Part shown: in pieces, positions 38,396-48,881 of the stretch | Layout: the number at the start of each line of letters is the position of its first letter | Numbering within the stretch: position 1 is the first letter of the stretch | Assembly: GCA_963766735.1 (NCBI GenBank) | Contig: CAVYBU010000008.1 | Location: 160,001 to 224,000 of the forward strand | Length of the DNA stretch: 64,000 nt | Source: an uncultured Chloroflexia bacterium | Lineage (GTDB): Bacteria; Chloroflexota; Limnocylindria; Limnocylindrales; CSP1-4 | Direction: 5' to 3' | Notes under the pieces: model-generated | Seen by the model: only the letters and a program-made list of their open reading frames with translations | What the model was told of the DNA's origin: nothing | The model's database searches: none | Position numbers and translations under genes: made by a program

Positions 38396-40578
38396 GGATC
38401 TCGCACCTCTCCCTCCGCGACCTGCGCCGGTACCGGGAGGCAGAACTCGACCTGGCGCCCGGGCTGACGATCGTCCGCGGCCCCAACGAGGCCGGCAAGT
38501 CCACCATCCAGCGCGCCATCGAGCTGGCCCTGACCCGCAGGGTCACCAGCACCGCTGCGGACATCGAGAGCCTCACGCCATGGGACGGTGACCCTGCGGC
38601 GCGGACCGTCATCGGCATGACCTTCAGCTACGACGACGAGGACGGCGGCACGCACGAGGGAAGCCTGGAGAAGTCGTTCCGCGGGACGCGTGGCCAGGTC
38701 CGCCTGGAGCTGGCCGGCGAGGCGATCACGGACCCGGCCCGTGCCGACGAGGAGCTGGCGGCCATCTCCGGCGTTCCCACGGAAGGTTTCTTCCGCTCCA
38801 CGGCGTCGGTGCGCCACCACGAGCTCGCCGGGCTCCAGCGGGACGAGGGTGCCCTGAGGGACCGCCTCCAGGCCTCGATCAGCGGCGCGGACCGCGGCAC
38901 CAGCCGGGCGCGCAAGAAGCTGGACCGGGCGATCACGGGGCTGGAGGCGAAGGGAGTCAAGAACCCCGGGCGGCTCAAGGTCGCCGAGGACGCCGTCAAC
39001 GACACGGCAGCCAAGCTGCGCATCGGCGAGGACGAGCTGGGCCGCCTCGAGCGTGATCGAGACGCGCTGGCCCTGGCGAGGGGGCGCCGGACCGAGTCCG
39101 AGACGGCGTTGACCGAGCGTCGCTCCCTGCTGGAGAAGGCCCGCCAGGCAGAGCGGTTCATCGCGGACCGGGACGCGGCCCGTGAACGCTTCGACCGGTA
39201 CCGCGCCGCCGTCATCGTGCGAGACGAGCTGGCGGAGCTGGACCAGACACACCCGTCGACCATCCCCCTGCCCGTCCTCCGGGCGGATGTGGAGCGCCTC
39301 CGCACGGCCGACTCGAAGATCGCGACGCTCGAGGCGACGCTCGAGGGCGAGGTCCAGGTCAACTTCCAGGTGGAGCCCGAGGTCCGCTGGCGGCCGTTGT
39401 CGCGCGCCGCCGTAGGCCTGGTGCTCCTCGGCGTCGCCATCGCCGTGGTTGGGACGCTGCTGAGTGCGGCAGACATCCTCAACCTCGGTTCCCTGCCGGT
39501 GGTGCTTGGCGCCATCGCTTCTGTGATCGGGCTGATCCTGGCGGTGGTTGCCCTGTGGCTGCGCCGCAGCGACAAGAGCCAGAAGCAGCTTCGTGACGAG
39601 GAGGTCAACCGCCGCCTGCGCGGCCGCTCCGAGATCGAGCAGGAGTTGCGCGGCGTCCGCACCGAGCGGGAAGAGCTGCTTGCCCGCATGGACATGCCCG
39701 GGACGGCCGAGGCCGAGGAACGCCTCCGGCAGGAGGAAGCGCACGTCGCCGAGATCGAGCAGCGTCGCGCCCGGCTCGACGGCCTTATCGGCGAGGAGCC
39801 GCTCGATACGCTGCCCGGTCGGCGGGACGCGGCGGCCCTCGAGATCGAGCAGAAGACATCCGCGCTCGACGCGCTTGGTCCGATCGCCCGCGAGCCGCGC
39901 GCAAGGGAGCGTCTCGAGGTTGAGGTGGCCGACGCGGAACGGTCAGTGGAACGAGCCCGGGACGACGAGGCATCGGCGCGCGCCCGCGTGGAGCAGAACC
40001 CCGTGGATGCCGAGGAGGTCGCCGGACTTGCCGAACGCCTGGCCATGTGGTCCGAGGAGCTCGCCGCGCTCCTGCGGCGGGACCGGATCTACACCCGAAC
40101 CCTGGTGGAGATCAACGCGGCCGAGCAGGCGACGATGCAGCGCGCCACCCGGTACCTCGAGCGGCGCATGGTGGCCGACATCGCCCGGATCACGGGTGGC
40201 CGGTACAGGCGCGTGCGCGTGGACGACACCAACCTCGGTATCGAGGTCTTCGCCCCGGAGCGAAACGACTGGGTCCCGGTGACGGACCTCTCCCAGGGCA
40301 CGCTCGATGTCGTCTACCTGGCGGCGCGTCTCGGTCTCGTCCGCCTGGTGACCGGGGACCGCCGCCCGCCGCTGATCCTGGACGACCCGTTCGTCACCCT
40401 GGACGACGTGCGGGCGCCGCGGGCGCTGGAGCTGCTCCGGGAGCTGGCCGCGGATTTCCAGGTGATCTACCTGACGACGTCGGACCGGTACGACCACCTG
40501 GCCGACAGCGTCGTGGAGCTGGCGGGTCCGACCGCCGCGGACGACCACGTCGAGCCCGCCGGGGTGCCGCCTGCCTGA
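38392..40578 (+). CDS. Rad50/SbcC-like SMC ATPase (YhaN-type) with a central hydrophobic hairpin
   Basis: Walker A GPNEAGKST, long coiled coil, signature LSQGT and Walker B LILDDPF. Confidence 0.88.
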   Translation: MRISHLSLRDLRRYREAELDLAPGLTIVRGPNEAGKSTIQRAIELALTRRVTSTAADIESLTPWDGDPAARTVIGMTFSYDDEDGGTHEGSLEKSFRGTRGQVRLELAGEAITDPARADEELAAISGVPTEGFFRSTASVRHHELAGLQRDEGALRDRLQASISGADRGTSRARKKLDRAITGLEAKGVKNPGRLKVAEDAVNDTAAKLRIGEDELGRLERDRDALALARGRRTESETALTERRSLLEKARQAERFIADRDAARERFDRYRAAVIVRDELAELDQTHPSTIPLPVLRADVERLRTADSKIATLEATLEGEVQVNFQVEPEVRWRPLSRAAVGLVLLGVAIAVVGTLLSAADILNLGSLPVVLGAIASVIGLILAVVALWLRRSDKSQKQLRDEEVNRRLRGRSEIEQELRGVRTEREELLARMDMPGTAEAEERLRQEEAHVAEIEQRRARLDGLIGEEPLDTLPGRRDAAALEIEQKTSALDALGPIAREPRARERLEVEVADAERSVERARDDEASARARVEQNPVDAEEVAGLAERLAMWSEELAALLRRDRIYTRTLVEINAAEQATMQRATRYLERRMVADIARITGGRYRRVRVDDTNLGIEVFAPERNDWVPVTDLSQGTLDVVYLAARLGLVRLVTGDRRPPLILDDPFVTLDDVRAPRALELLRELAADFQVIYLTTSDRYDHLADSVVELAGPTAADDHVEPAGVPPA

Positions 40579-41437
40579 GCTGACTCCGGGCCTGGCCGTC
40601 GTCCTGTTCGGCCTCGCCTCGGCCATCACCTGGGGAGCCGGCGACTTCGGCGGGGGCATGGTGAGCCGGCGCGCCCCGCTGCTGGGGGTGGTTGCCGTCA
40701 CCCAGGTGGTCGGCATGGTCGCGGCTTTGGTCGTCGCCGTCGGCCGCGGCGAACCGGTGCCGCAGGGCCTGGACCTCGGCTGGGCCGCTGCCACGGGCGT
40801 CGCCGGCGTCATCGGGATGACCTCGCTGTACCGCGGCCTCGCCGTCGGGAGGATGGGTGTCGTGGCCCCGACCACGGGACTCATCGGCGCGGTGATCCCG
40901 GTTGTGGTGGGGTTCGTCACCGAGGGCATCCCGCCGCCCGCGGTGCAGGTCGGGATCGTGGTCGCCCTCCTGGCCGTCGTCCTGGTGACCCGGGTGCCGG
41001 GTCACGGTGATGGGCGCCCATCTGGCCTCCGCTGGGCCCTGACCGCCGGGATCGCCATCGGCGCCTTCAACGTCTTTGTCGGCCAGCTCTCCGGGGCCGG
41101 GGCATTCGGGCCGCTGGTCGTCATCCGGCTGATCCAGACGCTGATCCTGGGCGTCCTGATCGTGGCCTGGCGTCAGCCGTGGCGGATGGAGCGAACGATC
41201 GTCCCGAAGCTGGTGGGGATCGGCCTGCTGGACATGGCGGGCAACGCGTGCTTCATCCTGGCGGTGCAGACGGGCCAGCTGGCGATCGCCGCCATCCTGG
41301 CGTCTCTGTACCCGGTCGTGACCGTCCTCCTGGCCGTCACGGTCCTCCGGGAGCGCGTCACCCGCAACCACGTGGTCGGGATCGCGTTCACGGTGGTCGC
41401 GATCGTGCTCATCGGCACTGGCAGCGCTACGCTCTGA
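40571..41437 (+). CDS. EamA/DMT family transporter (start approximate)
   Basis: The frame extends upstream through WGAGDFGGG; about 10 TM segments; GRMGVVAP and SLYPVVT. Confidence 0.85.
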   Translation: MPELTPGLAVVLFGLASAITWGAGDFGGGMVSRRAPLLGVVAVTQVVGMVAALVVAVGRGEPVPQGLDLGWAAATGVAGVIGMTSLYRGLAVGRMGVVAPTTGLIGAVIPVVVGFVTEGIPPPAVQVGIVVALLAVVLVTRVPGHGDGRPSGLRWALTAGIAIGAFNVFVGQLSGAGAFGPLVVIRLIQTLILGVLIVAWRQPWRMERTIVPKLVGIGLLDMAGNACFILAVQTGQLAIAAILASLYPVVTVLLAVTVLRERVTRNHVVGIAFTVVAIVLIGTGSATL

Positions 41438-41492
41438 GGCGGCCGCCACCGGCACGCCCACCTCCCCGCGCTACCGCTGAGGACCCTCCGCC

Positions 41493-41807
41493 ATGACAGA
41501 CGCCAACCCGCCCGCCACGCTCGAACCCGTCTGGTTCGTCGAGGCCACGTATGCGCCGGATGCAGCCGAGACCCGTGTGCCGGTCCGCCCCCGTCACCTG
41601 GCGCGGATCGCCGAGCTCAAGGCGGCCGGCGTTGTCGTCGAGGCCGGAGCGTTCCTGGATATGTCCGCATCTGTCCTGCTGATCCGTGCAGAGACGGAGG
41701 CCGATGCGCTCGAGGTCTGCCGTCAGGACGCCTACATGCAGACCGGTGTCTGGGTCGAGCTCCGCGCCAAGCCGTTCGGGCGCGTCCGGCTCGCCACGGA
41801 GGGCTGA
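41493..41807 (+). CDS. YciI-like protein
   Basis: RPRHLARI...AGAF...QDAYMQTGVW pattern. Confidence 0.75.
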   Translation: MTDANPPATLEPVWFVEATYAPDAAETRVPVRPRHLARIAELKAAGVVVEAGAFLDMSASVLLIRAETEADALEVCRQDAYMQTGVWVELRAKPFGRVRLATEG

Positions 41808-41838
41808 GCCGAGTCAGCGGAGGGCTGAGCCGAGTCAG
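41797..41838. repeat. Perfect 21-bp tandem duplication at convergent gene ends
   Basis: CGGAGGGCTGAGCCGAGTCAG twice. Confidence 0.85.
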
Positions 41839-42365
41839 CGCCGGCGCTCCACCACCACCGCGTCCACGGCCGCGGGATCCTCCAGGCGGATCACGGCCGA
41901 GAACCCCTCGCCCTCCAGCCGGCCGGCATCCCGGGTGGCGGCGACCCCGGTCAGGTGCGCGCGCACGGCGGCCTCCGGCACCGCCCGTGCGCCGCGGGCG
42001 GCGTTGCGGCCCAGGACGACGGCGTCCGGCAGGGCCAGGACGACCGCCACCGACGGCACGCCGGCCGCCTGCGCGCGGCCCAGGAGGGCTCGCCGGGCGT
42101 GCGCAGTGGCGTTGGTGGCGTCCACGACCGTGGTGTGTCCCGCCGCCAGGCGCCGTCCGAGGGCGCGGTGCAGCGCCGCGAATGCTGCCCCCGTGACCCG
42201 CTGGTCACCGGGGTCGCCGGCGATGGCCTCCCGGAACGCGTCGGAGGAAAGGACAGCCCCGGCGGGAAAGTGCCGAACGGCGAACGTGGACTTGCCGCTG
42301 CCGGCGGCGCCGATGAGCACGACGAGGCAGGGATCCGGGAGCGAGATGACGACACGGCCGGTCAT
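41835..42365 (-). CDS. Stand-alone AAA_33 P-loop kinase (polynucleotide-kinase-like)
   Basis: LIGAAGSGKST, LSSD, VVDATN and RNAAR...VPE motifs. Confidence 0.85.
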   Translation of the reverse strand: MTGRVVISLPDPCLVVLIGAAGSGKSTFAVRHFPAGAVLSSDAFREAIAGDPGDQRVTGAAFAALHRALGRRLAAGHTTVVDATNATAHARRALLGRAQAAGVPSVAVVLALPDAVVLGRNAARGARAVPEAAVRAHLTGVAATRDAGRLEGEGFSAVIRLEDPAAVDAVVVERRR

Positions 42366-42415
42366 CCGTGCATCATGCCGCGCGCCCGCAGCCAGACGAT
42401 GGGCGAAGATGAGGC

Positions 42416-43858
42416 ATGACCCGCATCGCCATCGCCTGGTTCCGCCGGGATCTCCGCATCCACGACAACCCCGCCCTCACGGCGGCAGTGGCGTCGGCGG
42501 ACGTGGTCATCCCGGTGTTTGTCTTCGATGACGCATTGCTCAACGGCCGCTGGCCCGCGCCGAACCGCGTCTGGTTCATGCGCGAGTCGGTGGTGGCGCT
42601 GTCCGCGGCGCTCGCGGAGCGGGGCGCAGGACTCCGGATCCTGAGCGGCCGGGCGGCCGAGGTGATCCCGGCCTTTGCCCGTGAGGCAGGGGCGTCGGAC
42701 CTGTTCCTCACCCGTGACGCGACCCCCTATGGCCTCCGGAGGGATCGCGCCGTCGTGGCGGCGCTCGAGGGGACCGGCACCACCGTCCACGCACTCCGCG
42801 GCCTCTACGTCCACGAGCCGGATGAGATCGCCACGCGGGACGGGCGTCCGTACACGGTCTACGGCCCGTTCCGGCGCGCGTGGGACCTCCGCCCGAGACG
42901 TGCCGTCCTGACGACTCCCGACCGGATCCCTGTGCCGCGTGGCGCCGCTCCCCGGCCGGACCCGGTGCCGGAGGTCGCACCGCCGACCGCGGATCGTGCG
43001 CTCATCCCGGCGCCCGGCGAGGCAGACGCCAGAGCTCGGCTCGCCCGCTGGCTGGCGGCGGCCGTGGACGCACCGGTGGACGCACCGGTGGACGCCTACG
43101 CCGCCTCGCGCAATCGACTGGACCTGGACGGCTCGTCCCGTCTCAGCCAGGACCTGCGGTTCGGGTTGCTCTCCCCGGTGGAGGTGGTGGACCGGGCCGC
43201 CGGGGACGCGGACGGCAGACGCACCTTCACCCGCGAGATCGCATGGCGGGAGTTCTATGCCCACGTGCTGTGGCACCACCCGTTCGTCGCCAGGGAGCCG
43301 TTCCGGTCCTCGTTCGCCCGGTTGCCGTTTCGCGAGGATCCGCTCGCGTTCACAGCCTGGGCCGAGGGCCGCACCGGCTACCCGGTCGTCGACGCGGCGA
43401 TGCGCCAGCTGAGGGCCGCCGGTTTCGTGCACAACCGTGGGCGAATGATCGCCGCGTCGTTCCTTGCCAAGCACCTGCTCCTTGACTACCGCCTGGGCGA
43501 GACGGAGTTCATGCGTCACCTGGTCGACGGCGACCTTGCCTCCAACAACGGCGGCTGGCAGTGGACGGCGAGCACGGGCACCGACCCCCAGCCGTACTTC
43601 CGCGTCTTCAACCCCACCCTGCAGGGCGAGCGCTTCGACCCGGGTGGCGCCTACGTCCGACGCTGGGTCCCGGAGCTGCGGGGAGTCCCGGACACGTACA
43701 TCCACGAGCCGTGGCGGATGAGCGAGGCCGCCCAGGCGGCAGCCGGCTGCCAGATCGGGGTGGACTACCCGCAGCCGATCGTGGACCACGCGGAGGCCCG
43801 CGCCCGGGCGCTGGCCGTATACGGTGCGACGAAGGCGCAGTCCGGGGAGGGACGCTAG
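42416..43858 (+). CDS. phrB: Class I deoxyribodipyrimidine photolyase
   Basis: WFRRDLRIHDNPAL, SRLSQDLRFG, WREFY, GRTGYPVVDAAMRQL, HNRGRM, NNGGWQW and FRVFNP. Confidence 0.95.
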   Translation: MTRIAIAWFRRDLRIHDNPALTAAVASADVVIPVFVFDDALLNGRWPAPNRVWFMRESVVALSAALAERGAGLRILSGRAAEVIPAFAREAGASDLFLTRDATPYGLRRDRAVVAALEGTGTTVHALRGLYVHEPDEIATRDGRPYTVYGPFRRAWDLRPRRAVLTTPDRIPVPRGAAPRPDPVPEVAPPTADRALIPAPGEADARARLARWLAAAVDAPVDAPVDAYAASRNRLDLDGSSRLSQDLRFGLLSPVEVVDRAAGDADGRRTFTREIAWREFYAHVLWHHPFVAREPFRSSFARLPFREDPLAFTAWAEGRTGYPVVDAAMRQLRAAGFVHNRGRMIAASFLAKHLLLDYRLGETEFMRHLVDGDLASNNGGWQWTASTGTDPQPYFRVFNPTLQGERFDPGGAYVRRWVPELRGVPDTYIHEPWRMSEAAQAAAGCQIGVDYPQPIVDHAEARARALAVYGATKAQSGEGR

Positions 43859-45565
43859 GGCCGGGCGGGCTCCGCCGATGGCGCGACGGAGGAAGTTGTC
43901 GGGGCCGGCGTCGGTGGAGCGGTCGGACCGGCGCGTGGGCGGTGCGGTCGGCTTGGCCGTGGGCGGTGCGGTCGGCTTGGCCGTTGGCGCACTCGTGGGG
44001 CCCGCGCTCGGCGGGCCGGACGGCTGTGCCGTGGGTGTCGGCCTTGACGTCGGCTTGGGCGTGGCCTTGATCCCGCAGGTCGTGGACGACGATGCCCGCC
44101 TCGTGCTGCCCGTCCCGGCCGAGGGCATCGTCTCAAAGCCCTCGGGTCGCGTCCCGGCCGGCGTGAACAGCCGCGCGGCCATCGCCTTGATCTTCTTGAG
44201 ATCAGGCAGCTGGATCGAACCTCGCTTGTCGTAGCCGCTCCGCACCAGCGGGTGCTTGACCACCGTCCGGAAGACGTCCTTGCGGCCGACATCGGCTGCG
44301 GCGTCGATGTAATCCGCGATGAACGATGGCTTGATGTTGGTGGTGATCGTCCTGCCGAGCGACTTGAGGAACGCGCCCGGGTTCTCCAGGAATGCTCCGC
44401 GCACCATGCGGTCCCGCAGAGCCGCGATGAGCTCCTGCTGGCGGGCCGCCCGGGTGAAGTCGCTCTCGCCTGCCGCCTTCCGGACCCGGGCATAGGCGAG
44501 CGCCTGGTTTCCGTTCATGCGATAGCGGCCGGGTGACACGCCGAAGCCCGCGATGCCGTACTCCTTGTACCTCGGGTCGCAGAAGCCGTCCGTGACGTTG
44601 ATCGTCACGCCGCCGACGGAGTCCACGAGGTATACGAACCCGCCCAGGTTCACCTGTGCCCACATGTCGATCTCGAGGCCCAGCAGGCCGCCGATCGCCG
44701 CGGCGAGCACGGACTGGCCGTCCCTGGCGCCGGGGAACTTGCCCGGGTGCCAGCGCACGTAGGAGACGAGGCCGTTGATCTTGCCCTTGAACGTGCGTCC
44801 GTCGGGCAGCGGCACGTCCACGAGGTCGCGCGGGATGGACGCCATCGAAACGGTCCGTCCGACCGGGTCGAGCGACGCGACGATCATCGTGTCCGTGAGG
44901 GCGGTGTTGCGGCCCACTCCCGAGTCCATCCCGATCAGCAGCACGTTGACTCGCGGGATCCCGGGTGTGGGGGAGGGTGACGGCGAGGCCTCGGCCGATG
45001 CTGACGGCGTCGGCGAGGATTCGATGCCGAAGTCCGGGTCGTCCGACTCGACCGGCGGCGGCGTCTCTGCGGGCACCCACGCGCCGCCGGAGTCCACCGG
45101 TTCGAAGACGGCCGCCGCCGCGCTCCTGGCCTCCAGCGTGAGGCCCGCCAGCCAGATCTGCGGCCCGACCACGATCGCAACGGCGACCAGCCCGGCCGCC
45201 AGCGTGGTGAATGGGGGCCGGAAGGTAGTGATGGCGCGGACGGCCCCGAGGGCCATGAGCCGCCAGCCGAGCACCACCACCTGGAGTGCGAGCAGCACGC
45301 CGAGGACCGCCGGGTCGAACAGGCGCGTCGCGAACGAGGTGGCGCTCCCGGTCGCGATGGCGATCACGGCGACGCCGCCCATCACCACCATGAGGGCCAC
45401 CAGCGGCAAGCCCAGCGCGGCTGCCCAGCGCGACCGTCCCGCGACCTGGTGGCCGAGGCCCGGGAAGATCGCGCTCAGCAGCAGCAGGCGCGGCGCGGTC
45501 GCCCGACCCGGGCGGCGTCCGGGTCGGGCCTGGGTGGGGCGGCGGACGGGTGTCGGGTCTGGCAT
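43855..45565 (-). CDS. LCP (LytR-CpsA-Psr) family cell-wall transferase with a PT-repeat tail (apparent frameshift near 43930)
   Basis: N-terminal TMs; NVLLIGMD, TDTMIVAS, SIPRD, ALAYARVR and DFTRAARQQ; PTAKPTAP repeats. Confidence 0.88.
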
Positions 45566-45773
45566 CGCGCGCAAGGATGCGGGTCCTTCCAGGATCGTGC
45601 AACGCGGCGTCGCGGGACCCGGTTCCGTCAAGGCGCCTGTTCGGGCCCAAGCCTCCGCTCGCCTCGAGGGGCCGGCGGTGGCGACCTCCGCCTGGTGCGT
45701 GCGCGCAGGAAGCCTGTTCCCTCAATCGGCGCACTGCGCTAGGATCGCGTCATGACGACCGGAGTGCCTCCAA

Positions 45774-46769
45774 GTGCCCAACCTGCTGCAGCGGTCGCGG
45801 CTGCGCGGATCGCGGCCTGGCGTGCTCCTGGAGCCGCCGTTCGCGCCTGACGAGAACCAGCCCGACATCATCGCGTCGGGCGATGTCCGCTGGCTGAACC
45901 TTGAGCGTCCGCGCGAGGCGGACCGCGAGTGGCTGGAGCGGGAGTTCGGCTTCCACCCCCTGGCCATCGAGGACGTTGCGTCGCGCAACCAGCGTCCGAA
46001 GCTGGACGCGTACGACGACTACCTGTTCATCGTCCTGCACTTCGGGGTGTTCGACAAGTCGCAGGACCGCCTGCTCACCGCGGAGCTCGACCTGTTCGTC
46101 GGGCCGGATTTCCTGATCACGCTTCCGGACCGGAACCTGCCGCCGCTGGCGGCGATGTTCGAGCGCTACCGCGAGCGCGACGAGGTGCGGGATGGCGTCT
46201 TCTCCAAGGGCACCGGATACCTCCTCTACAAGATCGTCGATACCTGCGTGGACGCGTCGTTCCCGATGCTGCGCAAGATGGGCGCCAAGCTGGACCAGCT
46301 GGAGGACGACATCTTCGAGGGACGGTCCGCGGAGATCGTGCGCGAACTGTCGAACGCGAAGCAGGAGATCATCAACTTCCGCCGCGTGGTCCGCCCGATG
46401 CGAGCGGTGCTCCGTGACCTGGAGCGCACGAAGCAGCGCTATCTCGCCGAGGACCTCGACATCTACTTCGACGACATCACGGACGCCGCCGAGCGGATCT
46501 GGGACGTGCTGGAGAACTACAAGGAGGTCGCGGAGGCACTGGAGGACTCGAACGAGTCGGTGCTCTCACACCGGCTGAACCAGAGCCTGCGCGTGCTGAC
46601 CGCCTTCAGCGTGGCGCTGCTGCCGCTGACGCTGATCGCCAGCATCGGCGGCATGAACGTGGACCTGCCGGGTGACGAGACCCTGACCGAGTTCTGGCTG
46701 ATCATCGGGGTGATGGCGCTGACGCTCGCGGGCGTGCTGCTGTTCTTCCGCAGGCGCGGGTACCTGTAG
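45774..46769 (+). CDS. corA: CorA Mg/Co transporter
   Basis: FHPLAIED, QRPKLD and LPLTLIASIGGMN. Confidence 0.92.
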   Translation: MPNLLQRSRLRGSRPGVLLEPPFAPDENQPDIIASGDVRWLNLERPREADREWLEREFGFHPLAIEDVASRNQRPKLDAYDDYLFIVLHFGVFDKSQDRLLTAELDLFVGPDFLITLPDRNLPPLAAMFERYRERDEVRDGVFSKGTGYLLYKIVDTCVDASFPMLRKMGAKLDQLEDDIFEGRSAEIVRELSNAKQEIINFRRVVRPMRAVLRDLERTKQRYLAEDLDIYFDDITDAAERIWDVLENYKEVAEALEDSNESVLSHRLNQSLRVLTAFSVALLPLTLIASIGGMNVDLPGDETLTEFWLIIGVMALTLAGVLLFFRRRGYL

Positions 46770-46824
46770 CTGCGCCGCGCGCCGGCAGCGCGACGCGCCA
46801 CCCGGACCCGCGACCGGCGATCGA

Positions 46825-47943
46825 CTACCCCTTCGGGAGCGGGCGCTCTCCAAAGCCAACGTACTTCACGTCCGGGCGGATCAGCCGGTTGTTCGCGCCC
46901 TGCTCGATCGCATGGGCGGTCCAGCCGGCGTGGCGTGCCAGCGCGAACGTTGCGGGGAAGAGGTCCGGCGTAAGGCCCACGCCCATGAGGACGGGCGCCG
47001 CGTAGAACTCGACGTTGGTCTTGAGGGCCCGGTCCGGGTGCTTCTCCGCCAGGACGCGCAGGGCGACGTCCTCGACCGACATTGCGAGCGCCAGCCAGTC
47101 CGGCTTGTGCTCCATGCCCTCGGCCACCTCGCGCAGGGCGGCGGCGCGTGGATCGTAGGCCCGGTACACGCGGTGCCCGAAGCCCATCAGGCGCACGTTG
47201 TTCGCGATCGCGTCGCGGACCCACTCCTCGGCGTGTTCCGGTGTGCCCACCTGGTGGATCTGCTCCACGACCTCGGACGGGGCGCCGCCGTGGAGCGGGC
47301 CCTTCATCGCACCGATGGCGCCGCAGACGGCCGACGCGATGTCCGCGCGGGTGGAGGTGATGACGCGGCAGGTGAACGTCGAGGCGTTGAAGCCGTGCTC
47401 GGCGCCGACGATGAAGTACGCGTCCAGCGCGCGGGCCGTGGCCTCGTCCGGCTTCTCACCGTTGATCTGGTACAGGAACCCGGCGACGAGATCGAGGTCC
47501 GGGTCCGGTGCGACCGGCTCCAGGCCCTGACGGAGGCGGGCGAACGCGGCCAGCGCGGACGGCGAGAACGCCGTGAGCGCGCGGGCCTGCTCGGCGGTCG
47601 GCGGCCACGCCGGGTCGGTCACCGCACCCCAGGCCGACACCGCGGTCCGAAGGGCGTCCATCGGCCGGGCGTCGTGCGGCAGGGCGCGGAGGGCCATCAT
47701 CACGCCGTCCGGCACCGGCTGGCAGGGCAGCTTCGCGTCCGGCTTCCAGTCACCGGTCCAGAGCAGCTCCGTGATCGCCGCATACGACCCGCTCCTCACC
47801 AGATCGCCGATGGGGTAGCCGCGGTAGAGCAGGCGGCCAGCCTCGCCGTCGATGTAGGAGAGGGTGGTCTCGCCGGCGATGACGCCCTCGAGGCCGGGGG
47901 AGTAGGAGCGGGTGTCGGCAGGCGTGGGGACAGGATCGGTCAT
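46825..47943 (-). CDS. Citrate synthase (short type; citrate/methylcitrate family)
   Basis: GLEGV, LLYRGY, EHGFNASTF, KGPLHGGA, MGFGHRVY...DPRA and NVEFY. Confidence 0.93.
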   Translation of the reverse strand: MTDPVPTPADTRSYSPGLEGVIAGETTLSYIDGEAGRLLYRGYPIGDLVRSGSYAAITELLWTGDWKPDAKLPCQPVPDGVMMALRALPHDARPMDALRTAVSAWGAVTDPAWPPTAEQARALTAFSPSALAAFARLRQGLEPVAPDPDLDLVAGFLYQINGEKPDEATARALDAYFIVGAEHGFNASTFTCRVITSTRADIASAVCGAIGAMKGPLHGGAPSEVVEQIHQVGTPEHAEEWVRDAIANNVRLMGFGHRVYRAYDPRAAALREVAEGMEHKPDWLALAMSVEDVALRVLAEKHPDRALKTNVEFYAAPVLMGVGLTPDLFPATFALARHAGWTAHAIEQGANNRLIRPDVKYVGFGERPLPKG

Positions 47944-48036
47944 GCGCGAATGTTAGCCTCCCGGCCGAGTCCGTGACGTGCCGCCGGCTGCGGTGAGGCG
48001 AACCGGGAGGACGTCATCGTGTGACTGCCCAGTGCG

Positions 48037-48870
48037 TCAGTCGGCGAAGAACGACTGGAGGTGGGCGAGGAACTCGGCGGGGTGCGTGTGGTGCGCCGCA
48101 TGGCGCGCGCCCTCGATGACTTCGAGGTGGCCCTTCGCGAGGCTGGCGTCGAGAGCCACGGCACCGTCCCGGAACCAGGCGGGGGACAGGGAGCCGGTCA
48201 GCTGCAGGACGGGGACGGTCACCAGCGCGAGGGTGTCCGCGGCGATCGCCGGAGCGTGGAGGGCGGCGTCCAGCTCGCGGACGACGGTCGGGCCGGCTGC
48301 TGCCCGCCGCGCCCAGATGGGGTCGGCGCGGAACGCCGAGAGCTCCGCCGCCGGCATGCCCACAGCCTCCGTCATGAATCGTGCGAGCAGCCCGTCCAGG
48401 TCACCCGCCGCGAGGTCCGCACGGAGACGGCGGAGCAGCTCCTCGTCATCGCTCCGCCCCGACGCATCACGTGCCGCGGGCGCGCCCTCGTAGGCGACGA
48501 TCCGCCGGATGCTCCCCGTCAGCCGACTCGCGGCCAGCGCAATCCGCCCGCCCAGCGAATGCCCGACGACGTCGATCGGTCCACCTGCCTCGTCCGCCAG
48601 GATGTCCGCGACCGCAGCGACGTCCTCCAGCTCGCGGTCGATCGCATAGGCCGCCCCGTCGCTCGAGTTCCCGCGGCCCCGCCGGTCCAGCGCGTGGACC
48701 CTCCGCCGGCCCGCGAGGTCCGGTGCCACCACCCGCCACGTGCGGTGATCCGCGCTGGTCCCGTGCACCAGCAGCACGTCCGGCCCCAGTCCTGCCGAGA
48801 ACACGGCGATGGACGTGCCATCGCGGGACGTGATGATGCGGCTCGGCGCGTCGGGGAAGGGCGCGACCAT
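48037..48870 (-). CDS. Alpha/beta hydrolase
   Basis: LVHG, DRRGRG, GHSLGG nucleophile motif and a C-terminal His. Confidence 0.88.
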   Translation of the reverse strand: MVAPFPDAPSRIITSRDGTSIAVFSAGLGPDVLLVHGTSADHRTWRVVAPDLAGRRRVHALDRRGRGNSSDGAAYAIDRELEDVAAVADILADEAGGPIDVVGHSLGGRIALAASRLTGSIRRIVAYEGAPAARDASGRSDDEELLRRLRADLAAGDLDGLLARFMTEAVGMPAAELSAFRADPIWARRAAAGPTVVRELDAALHAPAIAADTLALVTVPVLQLTGSLSPAWFRDGAVALDASLAKGHLEVIEGARHAAHHTHPAEFLAHLQSFFAD

Positions 48871-48881
48871 GGCGGGCAGCC

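Noticed and set aside
42362-45631. 1089-aa ORF suggesting an LCP fusion protein
   Set aside because: Read-through caused by an indel in the PT-repeat tail; the extension is the antisense of photolyase.
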